Shown in pieces: positions 28,844 to 43,731 of a stretch of DNA of 64,000 bases. How positions within the stretch are numbered: position 1 is the stretch's first letter; the number at the start of each line of letters is the position of its first letter. Position numbers and translations under genes: made by a program. Below the pieces are notes generated by a model that did not search any database, was not told where the DNA came from, and worked only from the letters and a program-made list of their open reading frames with translations. This DNA comes from Tubulanus polymorphus (lineage: Eukaryota; Animalia; Nemertea), in NCBI RefSeq assembly GCF_964204645.1, contig NC_134025.1, positions 10,974,001 through 11,038,000 of the forward strand, in the 5' to 3' direction.

Positions 28844-30809
28844 AAGATCAAACATTTTGCGGTTTGGGCAGAAAAGACGTACAAGCAATACTTTTCAAAC
28901 TAACCTGAATAAGCATTGAATATCTAAATACTACTTACTAAATATTCTCCAGACGAAAAAAGAGCATTTTATGGAGGCTATAGGGCTACAAGATAGCAGT
29001 GGCTAGAAAGCAGGTGTTCATATATAGGTCTATGTGTTAGCTGGATCAATATTCAGAATCATCAAGTTTCTTCGGTTATACATGGACATACATCTGAAAA
29101 AACAGGCATATCTTAATTGTCCATACGTGGCAGAATATCAGCCATATTTCTGAATACATTTTTCATTACTTGAGACTGTGGATTACTCATCATGGCAAGC
29201 ATGCACGGAATATGTATTTTATAGCACAGCGAAGAACGCTTCTATAATTCGATCAACTGAACAAAACCAGGGAAAAAAACTGGCGCCAATGTTGGTCAAT
29301 CCATAATCTTACTTGCACACGAACATTAAATTGACGCTGGAACAATACTTTGCGCTATTAGGTGTGTGTAGCAGCTGGGCGAATTGATTGTCCACGCAGT
29401 ATCGCCGTGCAGAGCCTGTGTATACTTGTATTCTATCAACGATCGCCTGCGATGATGTTTTCGAGAAAAAAAAGTGCAAGCTGTCTACTCGTTACTGAAT
29501 CATATGAATCGTTATCATATTTGAATGACAAGACCATATTTTTTTTCGCTTGGAATCTAATTCAACCCTAAGGTCCTATAAACAATGGCGACGATACTCA
29601 TCATATCGCGAGTCGAAACAACGGAAAGGTCGTCGTCATATCAATGTTTATACTGTTGGTGAACATTTAAGTACGGTGTATTTTTCCTCCCCTTGGTAGC
29701 AGTATATACATAAGCAATTTTATGATATCGTGACACAGCCGGCCAGATCGTTTAGTATTGCTTATACTAGATATGCTTCATTGTTATTTGAAAATTGTAA
29801 AAAAATATATAAGTATAAACTTCTATTTCATCGCGGACAATGGTTTGTATGCGCGTTCTAGGCGTTTTTATTGTCAGTGCATATTATAAAACACACTTAG
29901 ACGCTTTCACGTAGCTTTAGAATGCTATCGTTTACAATACATCATGTCCTCCTTCGCCGGGGTTATGATTCCAGTGGAATTGTGGCTTGAAACACTTTGA
30001 TCGGAAAGGTCACCGATGGATCATACGTCGATTTGAAGTGAATATCTAAGAATTTGGATATACAGTTATTTTTACGGCATTGAAAGTATTTTAGGGCAAA
30101 TTCAAGAGATCGTTATCATCATAGACAGGAACACCTTATATAAACTTTTTAGAACAGTCCGGTCTCACAGTTTGACTACAACTGATTAATTCAGAGTGAA
30201 TAAAAAAAATCGAAAAAAATCAAGAATTCAAACTAGGCAACAAATCGAAGAGCAAAGACGAGAGCGGAATGAAAAATATCTAACTAAAGCAGCTTAGCGT
30301 TTTGAAAAAGGGGCCTCGAATAAAATTAACTACCTGCATCTCGCAGCTTAACTATGAAAAATGCGGAATTGATATCAGTGACCATCGCGTAACACTGGAT
30401 AGACTCGACAATTCTTTATGGATGGATTGGTATTATGGCAGCGCCATAACACTTTATTATAACCGGAGACAAATTTTAATGTTCTCGCAAGATGGCCATT
30501 ACGCCGCGCGACATGTTAATCCGACTATTAATAAACTTTCCAGCCAAATACTCATTTGCCGTGAAAAATGGTCAGTCCGATTCAATTACTGTACTCGAGA
30601 TTATAAATCGCTTTTCTATTCGCGCGGCAGCCGCGTGCAATTGTTCATATCGAACCCGGTATTAAAAATACAAAAAGACAATGGCGTACATATTTAATGG
30701 TATGCTTAGCTGCACATGTGGTTAATAGTTGTTGCAGAATTGATATATTGCATATCTCTACATCTCGGGGCCTTATATTCCATCGTCCAAGATCCTATAT
30801 TCAAAACTG

Positions 30810-31200
30810 TTTTTTTTTGACGTCGTAAAAACCGTTACAATAATATTTTTATACATTGGTAAACTACTACGCATTATTCAAAGATTGTGGCCAGTCGATG
30901 TGCACTCCGTCATCAATATTGGCGTCATCATCTACATCTACAATTGTGAATTTTGGCGTTATTTTTAGTAATTGAATATATCATGACTCTTATTTCCTAT
31001 ACAATAAATCTCTGAAATTTGAGTGGATGTGCACTACGTCATCAATATTGGGGCTAGACTGGATGCCCGTCAATTCAATTCAATTGTCGATTTATTCAAA
31101 TTCAAATTAACTGTATTGATACTGACAATATATCTGTTACTCATTGTCATGTGTTATTTTTACAAGGCATCAATGAACTTTCAAGTTAGTTTTCTTGTTT
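30810..31200 (+). mobile_element. Helentron/HINE-like non-autonomous family B, copy 2 (near full length)
   Basis: T-rich 5' end TTTTGACGTCGTAAAAACCGTTACAATAA, two internal repeat units (~30897 and ~31026), and 3' end AAGGCATCAATGAACTTTCAAGTTAGTTTTCTTGTTT. Confidence 0.8.
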
Positions 31201-31789
31201 ATATTCGAAGTGTATCGATCTACACACATGACGTGGTACATAATTGATATCTCGTATCATCGAAACGGTCAAAATTGCGTTCCAAAATCATTTTACAAAT
31301 GATGCATACACACTGAGCCGTTTGTAGGTGGCATTTCTCGCCAGGTGAGCGGTGGGCGCAGCGGTATGCGAACTTTGGGCAGCGCAATTTGCAACCTCTC
31401 TGAATTTTACCTGTTTTTATCCCGACAATGCAAATATTATTGTAATGACCTATGACTCCAGCTTTTTTCGCCTTTGCAGTCCAGCAGCATAGAGAGGTCA
31501 CTGTTATGAGATTTTGTACGTCTGAAGCGTGTTGCGATCTTGTTTAGGTTTCATGCCGTCTTAATTTTTTCATGTGTTTCGGTTTACTGCCGTAGAAAGT
31601 TGTAAAACGGAATGAAGCCGGCGACACCAATTTCAGGATCACCGCTCACCGCACGCTATTTTATTTTCTGCCGTCATTCGGTCACACCTCTCTGACCTTC
31701 AAAGCTCGTTGCATTAAGATTGATGGCATGTGTACGCCAGTTCACCGTTATTAGGGTCATTCAATCTCACTTGAAACATCGGCAAATTA

Positions 31790-32210
31790 CAAGTCGAGGC
31801 GAATTATAAATTTCGTCAGGTGTCAAGGGGCCAGAATCGGCGCAATTTTCATGGTCATTAACGGCGTTAAATTGAGCCTATGTAAATTAAACATGCGTGC
31901 CGGCTGACTTAATGACCACTGTTAAACGTGATTTAATGTAATGTAATGGCTACTGAAAAATTACACGTCTCGAGACCTATTGGCTTTCGCGCGTTCAGCC
32001 GGTTTGTTTATGTTTGCCGAGAACTCCGACTAGCCGATTTCATCCAAATGAAAAGGTGAGAACTTGATTAAAAGTAATTTTATGGCTATCCTGTTGTCAT
32101 CATCAGCGCAAAGACGTAAAAAGAAGCGTCACTCCGGCGGTGATTTATAAGGGACGTTTGTCCGTTAATCCGCTTAAACAATAAATTATTCGGTGGCATT
32201 AATCATTACG
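31790..32210. promoter_or_regulatory. Candidate enhancer with clustered homeodomain sites
   Basis: More than ten TAAT/ATTA cores in a CpG-containing block, including TGATTTAT (32141), TGATTTAATG (31929) and TTTATGG (32079). Motif evidence only. Confidence 0.4.
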
Positions 32211-34273
32211 AAATTCTCATCCCCGACTGCGATACCAACTTTGGACGCAATGAATTTGTGGCTCCGGATCAGTGCTACCGCCTTTGGGATTTTTTAGTTA
32301 AAGTATGGAATCTTATCACTCAAGTCAAATCTTACCAAGAACTATATTTAGAACTGGCCCCTGGCCCAGATAGTTGTTAAGCTTGTTGAGTGTGAAGCTG
32401 TTTTAAGCATTGCGAAAATAATCGAATTTTTTTTCTGATCCCTACTTATACGTCCCAATGGCTTTATCGTGCATATGAATATGCAAGTTGGGATCGCTTT
32501 CATTCTAGAAATACCTCTTAATACAAAGTGATTAGTATAAAGTAACCACGGGTCTTTGTGAAATATGTCTTCAGAATCCGACGTACGGAAATGTATCGAC
32601 AATAGCGACAATACCATCCGAGCGCATCCCTGCCTGGAAACCCTTTCATCTAGATATTTATTTTAAAACAATGAATTTGCCTGGCGAGGTGAAAACAAGT
32701 CCATACTGGTGGCTTTGGTAAACCCCGCGGGCGGTTACTAAATGAAAAACTAATTCCAAACCAAATATGTCGCGGGGCACGCAGTTTTTTCCTGGGTGTG
32801 TTCGCTGCGGTGAAAAGAACAACTCGCGTCCTTTGGTTTTATCTGTAATTTCACTGCTGGTCATACGAGAAATCCGCTATTTATTCGGATTAGTTTTTCG
32901 CGCGCGAGCTTAAATGAGCATTATATGGAAATCGCGCCTCGATGGAGAAATTATTAAAATTAATTTTCTACCTGACCCCGGGGCAAATTTGTCTTATACC
33001 ATATATGCATGTATGGCGGTAGGCGATACGTGTACGGAGAACTTGCACATGACGTCACATCCGAATCATCTAGTTCGAGAAATGGAGAGAGCATGTCACA
33101 ATCACAATATGAGGCAAGTTTGGGAAGAAAATATTTAGGGCCATACCTAGCATTTGAATCTTTTTTGAGGGGAGGGGGCAGAGAAACCCGAAGAAGGGCA
33201 GTTCTATTGAATACAACAATAATTTCTAGGGGGCAACTGTTCCTCCTGCCTACTGTCCGCTAATGCATACTCTATGGCTTTACTTGATTTCAAAGCATAT
33301 AACATTACAAACAACTTGAAATATTATAACAATATATTCTTCCATTCGAAGATGCTTTCCTAGTAGTGAAATTAGATAGATCATCACTGTCGACATAAAC
33401 ACGATTTGTTGATTTCAAACGCTCATCACCGCAATAGTTTTTTAAGATTTCTATAGGTAAACCTTTAACTCATTTTTTATGTGCTCTTTCGACTTCTGGT
33501 AAAGGATACATCCTGGAAAATTGATAAGATACGCTAAGACGTGCTAGAGCTGTCTATATATAAACTATGCTGCCAGTTCAGTCAGCCGGGGACTCGACGA
33601 GACAATACTTTGATATTAACACCCATGCATCCATCAAAGAGGATATAAACGCGTCTCAAGACTAATTCATCAGAAAATATATTAGTTCCTGAATAACCCG
33701 GAGACATGAAAAAGGATCAGCCCAATAATGATAATGCACTTCTAATCTCAATTTGTCATTAGTCGCGCCGGCTCACGCCTTTGTTCTACATCGGATCATG
33801 GACGTACGAACTGGTGAGTTTACCGTCCACGATCAGATATAGAAACGCAAATGTCAAAAATGGACTTCATCGGCGAATTTATGGCCAAGATATCTTTGTC
33901 AGTTAGGAAGTTATTTTCATATCAATTTTTGATAGATAAAGCGAAATCCTCATTTTTGAAACAAAAAATATCATCTTCAAGTTTCAAGGAAAAAAGGTGT
34001 AAGCTTCATTAGATGTGAACAGTTCAGCTTGTCGGGTGGAGTAATTGATAAATACTGTAGATTCACGCGGCTTGAAATGATATACTGTAAAATAACATTT
34101 GCGACGGTTGTTTTTGTCGAATATCAACGTTCAGGCGTCTAATCGGAAATGAATGCTCATTTTTTGGATCGGTGCATATTCACCCCGAACTTGATAACAT
34201 GAAATTGTTGCTGCCGCTGCTGCTACTTCTGCAAGAAATATTGTGATAATGGTATTTACTTGCTGATTTTTAT

Positions 34274-34581
34274 GAGCCATGATTAAGAACATATTTTCAA
34301 GCCATTTCATTTCAGTCCACGTTTTGTTGGAGAATATGAAAAACCTGCGGCCATAAGAAAACCTATAGTTATATAGTTATATATACATTAGTAAGTTAAG
34401 GTTTCGGTTTTGGAAGACCCAGACAGAGTCAGTAATTAAAATTCATGGTTAGAGCTATGATTTAGAGCATATTTCCAAGCCATTTCAATCCATGTTTGGT
34501 TGGAGAATATGAAAAGCCCGCGACAAAAAGAACTATTACAGTTATATAGTTGGTTAAGGTTGCTGTTTTGAAAAAAGACCC
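34274..34581. repeat. Diverged tandem duplication, period ~178 bp
   Basis: 34274-34420 and 34452-34581 share GAGC(C/T)ATGATT...CAAGCCATTTCA...GTTGGAGAATATGAAAA...AGTTATATAGTT...GTTAAGGTT...AAGACCC. Confidence 0.85.
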
Positions 34582-37174
34582 GAAGATTTGAATCTTTGCA
34601 TCTGTTTTTGAAACTGAGGTTTAATTCACCTAAGTGATACTGTAGCAGCCAAGATATTATAGAAAGCAATTTGGGAAGAGTCGTCTTATTATAATCAACC
34701 GATGCTTCGTTCCTTTGCTGTCAACTTATACTAACTTAATTATCTGAAATCCATTAATGACAGATTATGACCACCCCAGACCCCCCCCCCCCATGCCCGC
34801 TATGCCTTATCTATTCAGCAAGATAAATAGTTTGATACAGTATTATGCTATTTCCTGTGGTGCGTTAAATAATTGATGCAGCATTGCTTGCTCTATCACC
34901 TACTAATTCCTAGCGTAAAGCCTGGAAAATCATATTACATTTTCATATAAATATCTAAAAAAAATCCGGTTGGTGGTGACTGCATTCTTCTTCTTTCGAC
35001 CGCCCTGTCAACTTTATATTCATTTCAAAACAAGACACCATGCCCAGTAACTCGGAACGTTAGCTCCCTATTTTTCGACGAGGATCGTGTTACATATCGT
35101 ATATATCGTGGAATATGTTAATTCGTGTGGCTTTCGCGTAAGTTTGACCCGCCCGGTTGCCCCGGAGCTTTCTAGCCGCGGGGTGAACCTCAGGATAGAG
35201 GGCATTTTAGTATAGATTACTGATACGTTTTCAAGTGCATGAAAAAACCTATTAGCGCATTCTCAATTTGCTTTTTAGTTCGCCGTCGAATTCGAACGGC
35301 TAAATTGCCCTGTAATTGTTCGGCCTCAACTGAAACGAGTTATATAGTTTCCAGTTTCAATACGTGACCAAAGATGACCCGCATTTTCGTAAAAAAATGA
35401 ACGGCTAAGCCGTTTATTGAATACGCGGCTTTGTGTTTGTGTGTGCGTGCGAAATAGCGACCTTTTTTTCCAGCTAGTTTGGCCCTCGTTCGAAATAAAA
35501 GATATAACGACAAATATTGCTTTGAGTATATAATGGGGTGACGCGGACACGTCAGTTGAAATGAATTTCTCGTCGATAATCGCATTTTTGCCCAGGGTAG
35601 AATATCGTGAATAGGATGACCCCGTATAAACAATAGAAAGCGATAGAAAGCGATAGCTCTTATACAGGGTCATGATTTGGCCAGGTGCGACGTTTTCTTT
35701 TTTTTCTATAATCAAGGACAATAATTAAGTTTCCTTTTTCGTATTGACAGGGCTTCGCGTCGCACCATTGACCTTTTGTGATATTTTTTTGGCCTAGCAA
35801 GTATTGGCGTGTTCGGAACTTCACGCCGGCTTCCTAGAATTTGTTTGAAGAATAACGAAGCGGGGTTCATAAGGGTTCTTGAAACGTGTATAGAACTTTC
35901 AGAGATAGGGATATCTATATCTATCCCCATTCATGAGTCGATAGGAATCCGACAGTTTTTCCACTCGAGTCCATTTTTTCTAACAACGAACGCAAACTGA
36001 ACACTGGTACTCTCCGGTACCTAGTGTCGTCTGCGGTGCTAGATGCTGATAATTGGAAAAAGTGGACACCGCCTTCGGGCACCATGTTCGTTGATATGAC
36101 AGTGACGAAGCGCTGAATACACGCCGTGTATAGTTATTATTATTACTACTCATCTTCGTCTGAGAAAGCGGGTATGAATTCACAGCCTCTAATCCTAGAT
36201 TACACATGTGAATCGCGGCGACTGGCGAAATGTGTCCACTCTACGCAAATTACAACGAATGCCCATCTCGTAATGGACGCGATCCTCCTCGCTCGTGTAT
36301 GTCAGTCAATTATCGGCGCTGTCGTTAATTCCGCGTTTCCTGTCCTTTGCGTATTATTGATTCGCGTCGCTAAACGATCGGACGGGATTATGAACTACGT
36401 CGTCAACGTCGGTATTCATTGTGCCCATTCCGTACGCGGTCATCTCGCTTCTGTCGGTTTTTTGTGGACTCGCGAATTCGAACGGCGCGTAATCTAATGA
36501 ATAAAAATAGACACTCCATTTCCCTTATATTGTCGTGAGCTGCTGATGTCATGTTTGTAGATTATTAAATCTCGATTCGGCTTAAATCATCATTGATAAA
36601 AATAAGAGGGCTTTTATTAGCAATAGGAGCATATTTTTGGAATATTTTTTGGATCGGGTTCTGGCAAAAATAACTTATTATCATGGACGAATAATCTAGT
36701 TTATATCCATGAGTATCACATCCCTGCAAATTGCAAGTTGCGAATTGGTGCTTGATCAGTCCTAGTTCATCTTGGTTCTGTACCAGATTTTAAACTTAAT
36801 CTCATTTAGTTCATAATTCGAGAGTTACCTAAGGGTAGAATTCAAAACTATTATATGAAACTTGGTATTGTGTGGTATCCTTGTGGTATGGCTTTATAAC
36901 AAGATCAAAGTAGATGGTTATATATACGATAAAGAGTAATTAAAAATGCCATTTAAAGTTAAAATCAAATTTTAGATATGATGCAGTGTTATCACTGTTG
37001 TGAAAGTTGTGTCAGTTATCTGTAGTTTGACCTCAGGCTCCTCGATATAGACTGAGATTAAATGCCACAATTTTTTTTTCAATGCCATTAAAACATCAAC
37101 TCATTAGAAATTTGACTCTAAAGTTAATACGAGTTCATTTTCAAAGAATAGTATGCGATATCTCTTATTCGCGA

Positions 37175-37222
37175 GGCCCCAGTTCCACAATATCAGTTAA
37201 TGTCCTAAATTGCAAGATCTAA
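37175..37222 (+). mobile_element. Solitary left end of the CCAGTTCCACA MITE family
   Basis: GGCCCCAGTTCCACAA...AAGATCTAA resembles the start of 62691-62802. Confidence 0.45.
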
Positions 37223-37294
37223 TTTGCCTATTCGAATGTGTAGTATTACGCAAATACGATATGAGGCTGTATAACTATTGGTCAAGTGAAATAA

Positions 37295-37368
37295 TTTCAT
37301 TGGCCTACTAGTCAGCACGCTTTCTTCTTATGTTTACGAAACCCAGGTTCGATCCCCCGACTAGTGCT
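37295..37368 (+). mobile_element. Degenerate tRNA-derived SINE head or tRNA pseudogene
   Basis: A-box-like TGGCCTACTAGT at 37301 and B-box GGTTCGATCCC at 37346 show tRNA-like spacing (~45 bp). The cloverleaf stems are broken, so this is not a functional tRNA. Confidence 0.45.
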
Positions 37369-39854
37369 GTACGTAAATTTACTGTCACTTCTTAATCGGT
37401 ACAATAGTTTCAAAAGGAAATGCGAGCAAATGATTGGTAAACAGAATCAAAGATGATTCTATCGTGATTTCAACTCTAGATACAGTCAAACTTCAACACT
37501 GAACTCCGTAATCGAGAAGCCGTTACCATGTAACTTTTGTAAAAACCTACGAGTGTTCTCCTGATTGTGGAATTTCTACCCTGTCGTGAAGGTTATTGCA
37601 AGTGACAACATAGTTCGTTTGCCGGGCAGTGCCGGAGACTTGCCGTACAAAACAACTGAAATAATCGGGGGGATTTACATACTTCGAGGGTCTGTAATGT
37701 AAATCACTTATTGTGTTAAGCCGTTAATAGGGTAATATGGCGTCACGTATAAGTCACGTGGAAAAAGTACACGGCGGGCTGCATGACTTACTAGAGAAAG
37801 AAACGCGAATGTTACTGTGGTTGGCCTGATGTAATGGAATCATTTGGCATCGTATCGCATGACGAAAGTAATGGACATTTACTAGTCATTCGTTACTGAC
37901 CAGAGGGTGGAACCTTGATTAGACGCTAATGAGTTCGGTGTCCAATGATGGTTTGCGCCGACGGCGGCGAGCTGCAGTCATTATAGAGTAACGCGACGCA
38001 GGGGCTCGGACGGAACGGCTCTCAAGACAGCGTTGTGGTCGTATAATTGGCTGGAATAAATCGCGTGGCCGCAATTGAATCGAGTTCCTGGCGATATCGG
38101 CGGGTTCGATACCGGAGGCAGGGTCAAAACGTTGTACAATAAATGTCAAACTCGCGTGAGACGACGCGTTTGATTTCAGACCCTTGTTGTTATCGAGATG
38201 GTCGTTTGCGAGATTTTTCTTATAGTTTCATATTCATCTCCCATCTCCTTAAACGAAAATTATCCTCTAAATAGTTCCCTTTCTGTAATTCCTTTCTCGA
38301 GATGGATTCTACTTTCCATTTAGAGAGATGTGCCAAGATTTTTTTTTAGGGACAGCTCTATTTCAAGAATAAGAGCACCTTTCCAGCTTTCATGGCTGTT
38401 CCCCGCCAAAGAAAACATTGTTAAGACCTTACTACCATTAGATCGTTAGAATTTAGAAAATGGTGAAATAATCCAAATCTCGTAATAAGGTTTCGTGACC
38501 GCTCGAGGTTTCGGTTGAAAATTGTATTTATCAATATGCGTTTGAGCGCGTTTGAATTTCGAGGCAATAGGCAACGATTTCGGCGAGAATATGAAAGTTC
38601 ATTGTGATTAGAACTTTACTGCTGGAAAAGTCGATAAATAATTTCAATGAAATTAAACGCCGTAGATTGCGGGGAGTGCGCTTTACGAAAACTTAAAACC
38701 GAGCGATGACGGTATTATGTATACGACGATATCGACGATCGATCGATTACCGACTTCGGAAAGAAGCGTTTTCATATACAAAGATTAATGAGAAATTATA
38801 CGCGACATCAAAAATTCCGCGTGTCGGTTCCTTTTGGCATGGGTGGATACGGACGAAAAACCGCGCTATAGGCCTCTCTATCTTAAACTGGTATATAGAT
38901 ATAAAGGCCTCTGGCCAGAGACGTAATTGCATTTTCAAAGTCACGAAAGCATTCCATGTTGTCAGCGTTACAGTTTACGTTTAAAATGCTAAAGCGCTCT
39001 CTGTAATCGCTGGATTGACGTTTTCGCTTGATGTCCATTCGCGTAACCTTTTTTTCAGTTCAATGCCGTCGTGCGCATTCATTTATTCTTCATTCGTTTT
39101 TTTCGAAACTAAATTGCCGTCTCGTGTTCGACATAATTTCCCAATCTAATCCGGGAATACTTTTCTGAAGATGGTAATTTTGTCCGGCACTTCAGCCGAC
39201 TTGTCCGAATGACGTGTCCGAATTGATCCCTCTCGTTGTACGCGCTACATTACTTTGCTCTCGAGCCATTGGTAATGATGGCGAAAAAAGCGCACCAGAT
39301 CTGAAAATAATTTTCCGTGTAGATGTTATGATGAAGAGAAAAACATTATGATCGAAAGCGCTGTATAAAAAGCCAGCATTAAATGCAGCTCTAGTTTTTT
39401 CTTTGGACTTACCAACTGTTTTCAAGTATTTTCCACTTTCGTTTGCATCTCTCTATTGCTATAGTCGACCGGTCCCGGATTTGGAATGATTTTGTTTTCA
39501 ACTCGACGATGGATTATCAAATCTTTTTTCGTTCTTTTTTCGGAAACATTTTTTCTTGTCGTTGCTGATCTACGTCGATTCGAATATTCCTGATTGGATC
39601 GAAATTCTTGTAATCAAATTTTGAAAGATATTTAAGTTTGTTTAGACTTGATCTGAGGTAAATAATGAAGTGTCTTTTGTAAATAACAGTTGAACAAATC
39701 CTTCCACGGGAACCCATAGTGAGGACCTTCATATATGCAATGCTAAGGTCATTCTTAGTTGCATCCTTGGTAATTATTTCCCTCCCTCCAGGACAGGAAC
39801 CCTAGAAAACCCTGGTTTTTCAAGATCATCCTCTATATCATCGACGACGATAAC

Positions 39855-40263
<409 letters not shown>

Positions 40264-40601
40264 ACAAATACGTATTAGATTCATGGCTGTAGTCATTACG
40301 TTCCCTAGGCCGACATAAAAATGAGTCTCAAATCGCCTTGTCCCTATTGAAACTGAATTCTGAAAAAAACCAGGCAATTTGATACTCATCTTTTATGTGG
40401 GCAGCTGGAGCCTAGTGACCACATCGATGAATCAAATCCCTATTTGTCAAATATGTTATCGCAGATGCCGGTTGTATACTTCGGTAGATTTGTTTGACGG
40501 ATGGGGTGTTGTGGAAATCTTGTTTTTCGGTATGCTGTTTGTGTAATTACAGACGTATTCTTTTGTCGTACTCTAGTCCCAGTCATGCTCTTATTCCCGC
40601 G

Positions 40602-40633
40602 GTACCGGCGATCAATCGTACCGGCGATCAATC
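40602..40633. repeat. Perfect 16-bp tandem duplication
   Basis: GTACCGGCGATCAATC x2. Confidence 0.9.
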
Positions 40634-42332
40634 TTACACCGACGATGTATCTATCGTTTGTCCGACAATTCCCCGATGCGCGGCTAGCGATGTATCGCCA
40701 CTGGACGCGGCGCATTAACGCGGTTAGGTCAATATCGGCGGACGCGACGCGCGTTTAATGGACATCTAATAGATATGTTTAGTTAGCTATTTGTCACCGT
40801 TGCGAGAATCGTCGCCGAGCGTCGGGTCAGCAGAGCGCTCCGGTGGCCGTAATGGCATTTTCACGATGCCCGATGGTCATATACGCGTTGCGCGCTTATT
40901 CATTGGTCGTTCGTTAATAACGTGTAAAACACTTTGCGCTGCGAGTGAGATTGGTCAGTCGGATTTTCTACACGTCGTTGCCTCAAGCGACGCAAAGTGC
41001 CGGTCTCAATCCGGATGACATTAGATCGCGCCCTAATTGGATCAAAACACTTGCCAAAGCAGATTGTGTCCATCATTGGCTACTAGCAGCGAAAATGCTA
41101 CTTCGAGATTTCTTCCGCCGCGTATACAAATCTAATTGCAGCAGATCTGACCATTGTGTTTCAGTATATCTGTACTATTACAAACGTGACTGAACTTCTA
41201 TTTAGAAATACTTGAGAAATTAGCGGCGATTAATCACCTATTGTTTACGAGATCTGTTTTCCTTGAAATGGGGGATTGTGCCTTTTTGCATTTGGTCAGG
41301 GACTATAAAACGAATAATGAATTCGTTTTAAGTCCACAATTTTGTTGATTGATTTAAATTTGTGTGATGATCATTTTTTGAGTGTCCATTATATATACAA
41401 ACCCGCCATATCTGTCGGAAAAGATACAAGGGGTTTTAATTTGAAATCGCAGTTGTTCAAATTCGAATCACTCATTTCTCAAGAACTGAAAACTTTTATC
41501 TAGGTTACACTGAGTACAATATTCGTGACATTGCATTTGACCTTGAGGTGTCGTGGTTATGTTTCTCAGTATAATTGACAGCCTACGCCCAAATGAGATG
41601 CAAAAAGTTGAATTTCGCAGTACGTGAGAAATCCTGCTCCACACCTCTCCTTTAGGCCAAACTTAACCTGCATTACGTCGACGGCTTTGAACTGCAATCT
41701 AGTGGCGCTAGGTTCGCCTGTGGGTATTTTCTGCAGCGAACTGTCAAAAGTTGACAATGGATAGACAAAAATGATATATATATTTCCGATAAAATGCAGA
41801 ATTAATGATTATTATCGTGCGTGTTATGTAAGCAGAACATTGTATTAACAATACCCAACAGCCTGACAACATATCAAAGCATTTTCAAGCGAAATCTTTT
41901 GGTAACGCGATACTTCCCAATAGTGGTATCGATTGGATTCTAGGGTTCTACAATAAAACCGGAGGTTTTTTATGTATATCGACTGTTTCTTTATTCAAAT
42001 GGCAATCTATATAGACATGACAGACAGGTGGTTTTTTCCACCATTTTAGAATTGATCGTTAGGACCACCTTTGTTTCATCAACCCAAGAAGCTGGAATGG
42101 GGTTTAACCGGGTACAACATTCAACAAATGAAAATTCAGTCCATCCTAAGCCGAATCCCATGTTATAGTTTGACGCTGGTTAACAGTGATTGTGGATTGT
42201 GACAACGGAGGCCAAAATCATCTTGTCACGTGTTGCTGTATTTTGGCGCCAACAAATTGACATATCAAACACCATTGCAGCTCCTTTCAACAAGGTGACT
42301 GATATATACCGGTAGTATCATCATATTGCATG

Positions 42333-42826
<494 letters not shown>

Positions 42827-43482
42827 GTGAATCAAGTGCAGAATTGATTAAAACCGACTACGACTACGGCATCGAGTTAACGATGCAAACGAAGGTGGCC
42901 TAATTCAACTGTTGCTTGCTGTTAACGGTTGTTATCCGGTGTAGCGTGACGGGTGATAAAGTCACCGATGCTATTTATTCGCAATCATGCTAATTATGCA
43001 AACTTCGTATCCCTACACCTGACTGTAATAGACAAATAATCACCTGAAAATGGACTGCCGACGGAATCTCCAGCCAGTTTGCGTGTTAAGTTCTGGCATT
43101 TTGTTTCGTTTTTTTTGTTGTTGTTGTTGCTGTTGTATTGGTGAGAAGAGAAGTGACAGCGCTGCTCGCTGGCACCTGGACAGAGTTTTCGAAATATACG
43201 TGACTCGGTTACATTCGCATTCGTGATGACGCTCGTTGTCGAAATTGTCACTTTTAAATTCGTTACTGAAAACCAAGTCTGACAGTTCGTTTGACAGAGT
43301 AGCACGTGAGGGCTTAGACTGTGCATAAGTCCATCCAACATTAAATCGCCATACTTATACATGTATACATACTCGACCTTTCAAAGCTTCTGAGTGCTAA
43401 TAGGTACCTGAATCAATCCGCATAGTCCGGACTATTCTTCCAGTGTTTGGTCAACAGAACCCCTTTCACTGCGAGTCTCGAA

Positions 43483-43731
43483 AGCCGCGATCTCACAAGC
43501 GTTTTTGGCCCGGGCCAAAAATATTCGGGCAAAGGTCGGACCAGGCTCGAGTCAAATTTTAACACGGGGTAAATGATTGCGTTTGAATTGCAACTGGTTC
43601 CGGAAATGACTCACTTCGCTTTGTTTAGTATCGAGTGGTTTACGTGTGAGTGCGCTCCTAATAAGGCACGGGCCAAATTTGACTCGGGCCCAATTTGGCC
43701 AGGGCAAAATTGTCTCCGTGTGATCGCAGCT
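43483..43731. mobile_element. PIF/Harbinger (Tourist-like) MITE
   Basis: Terminal inverted repeats AGCCGCGATCTCAC / GTGTGATCGCAGCT, plus internal inverted CGAGTCAAATTT / AAATTTGACTCG. Partial second copy at 6576. Confidence 0.75.

Noticed and set aside
29386-29410. TGATTGTCCACGCAGT, similar to the 5' end of miR-219
   Set aside because: It diverges after 10 nt and no complementary star arm is nearby.
38095-38120. B-box-like GGTTCGATACC
   Set aside because: No correctly spaced A-box, and the T-stem does not pair.
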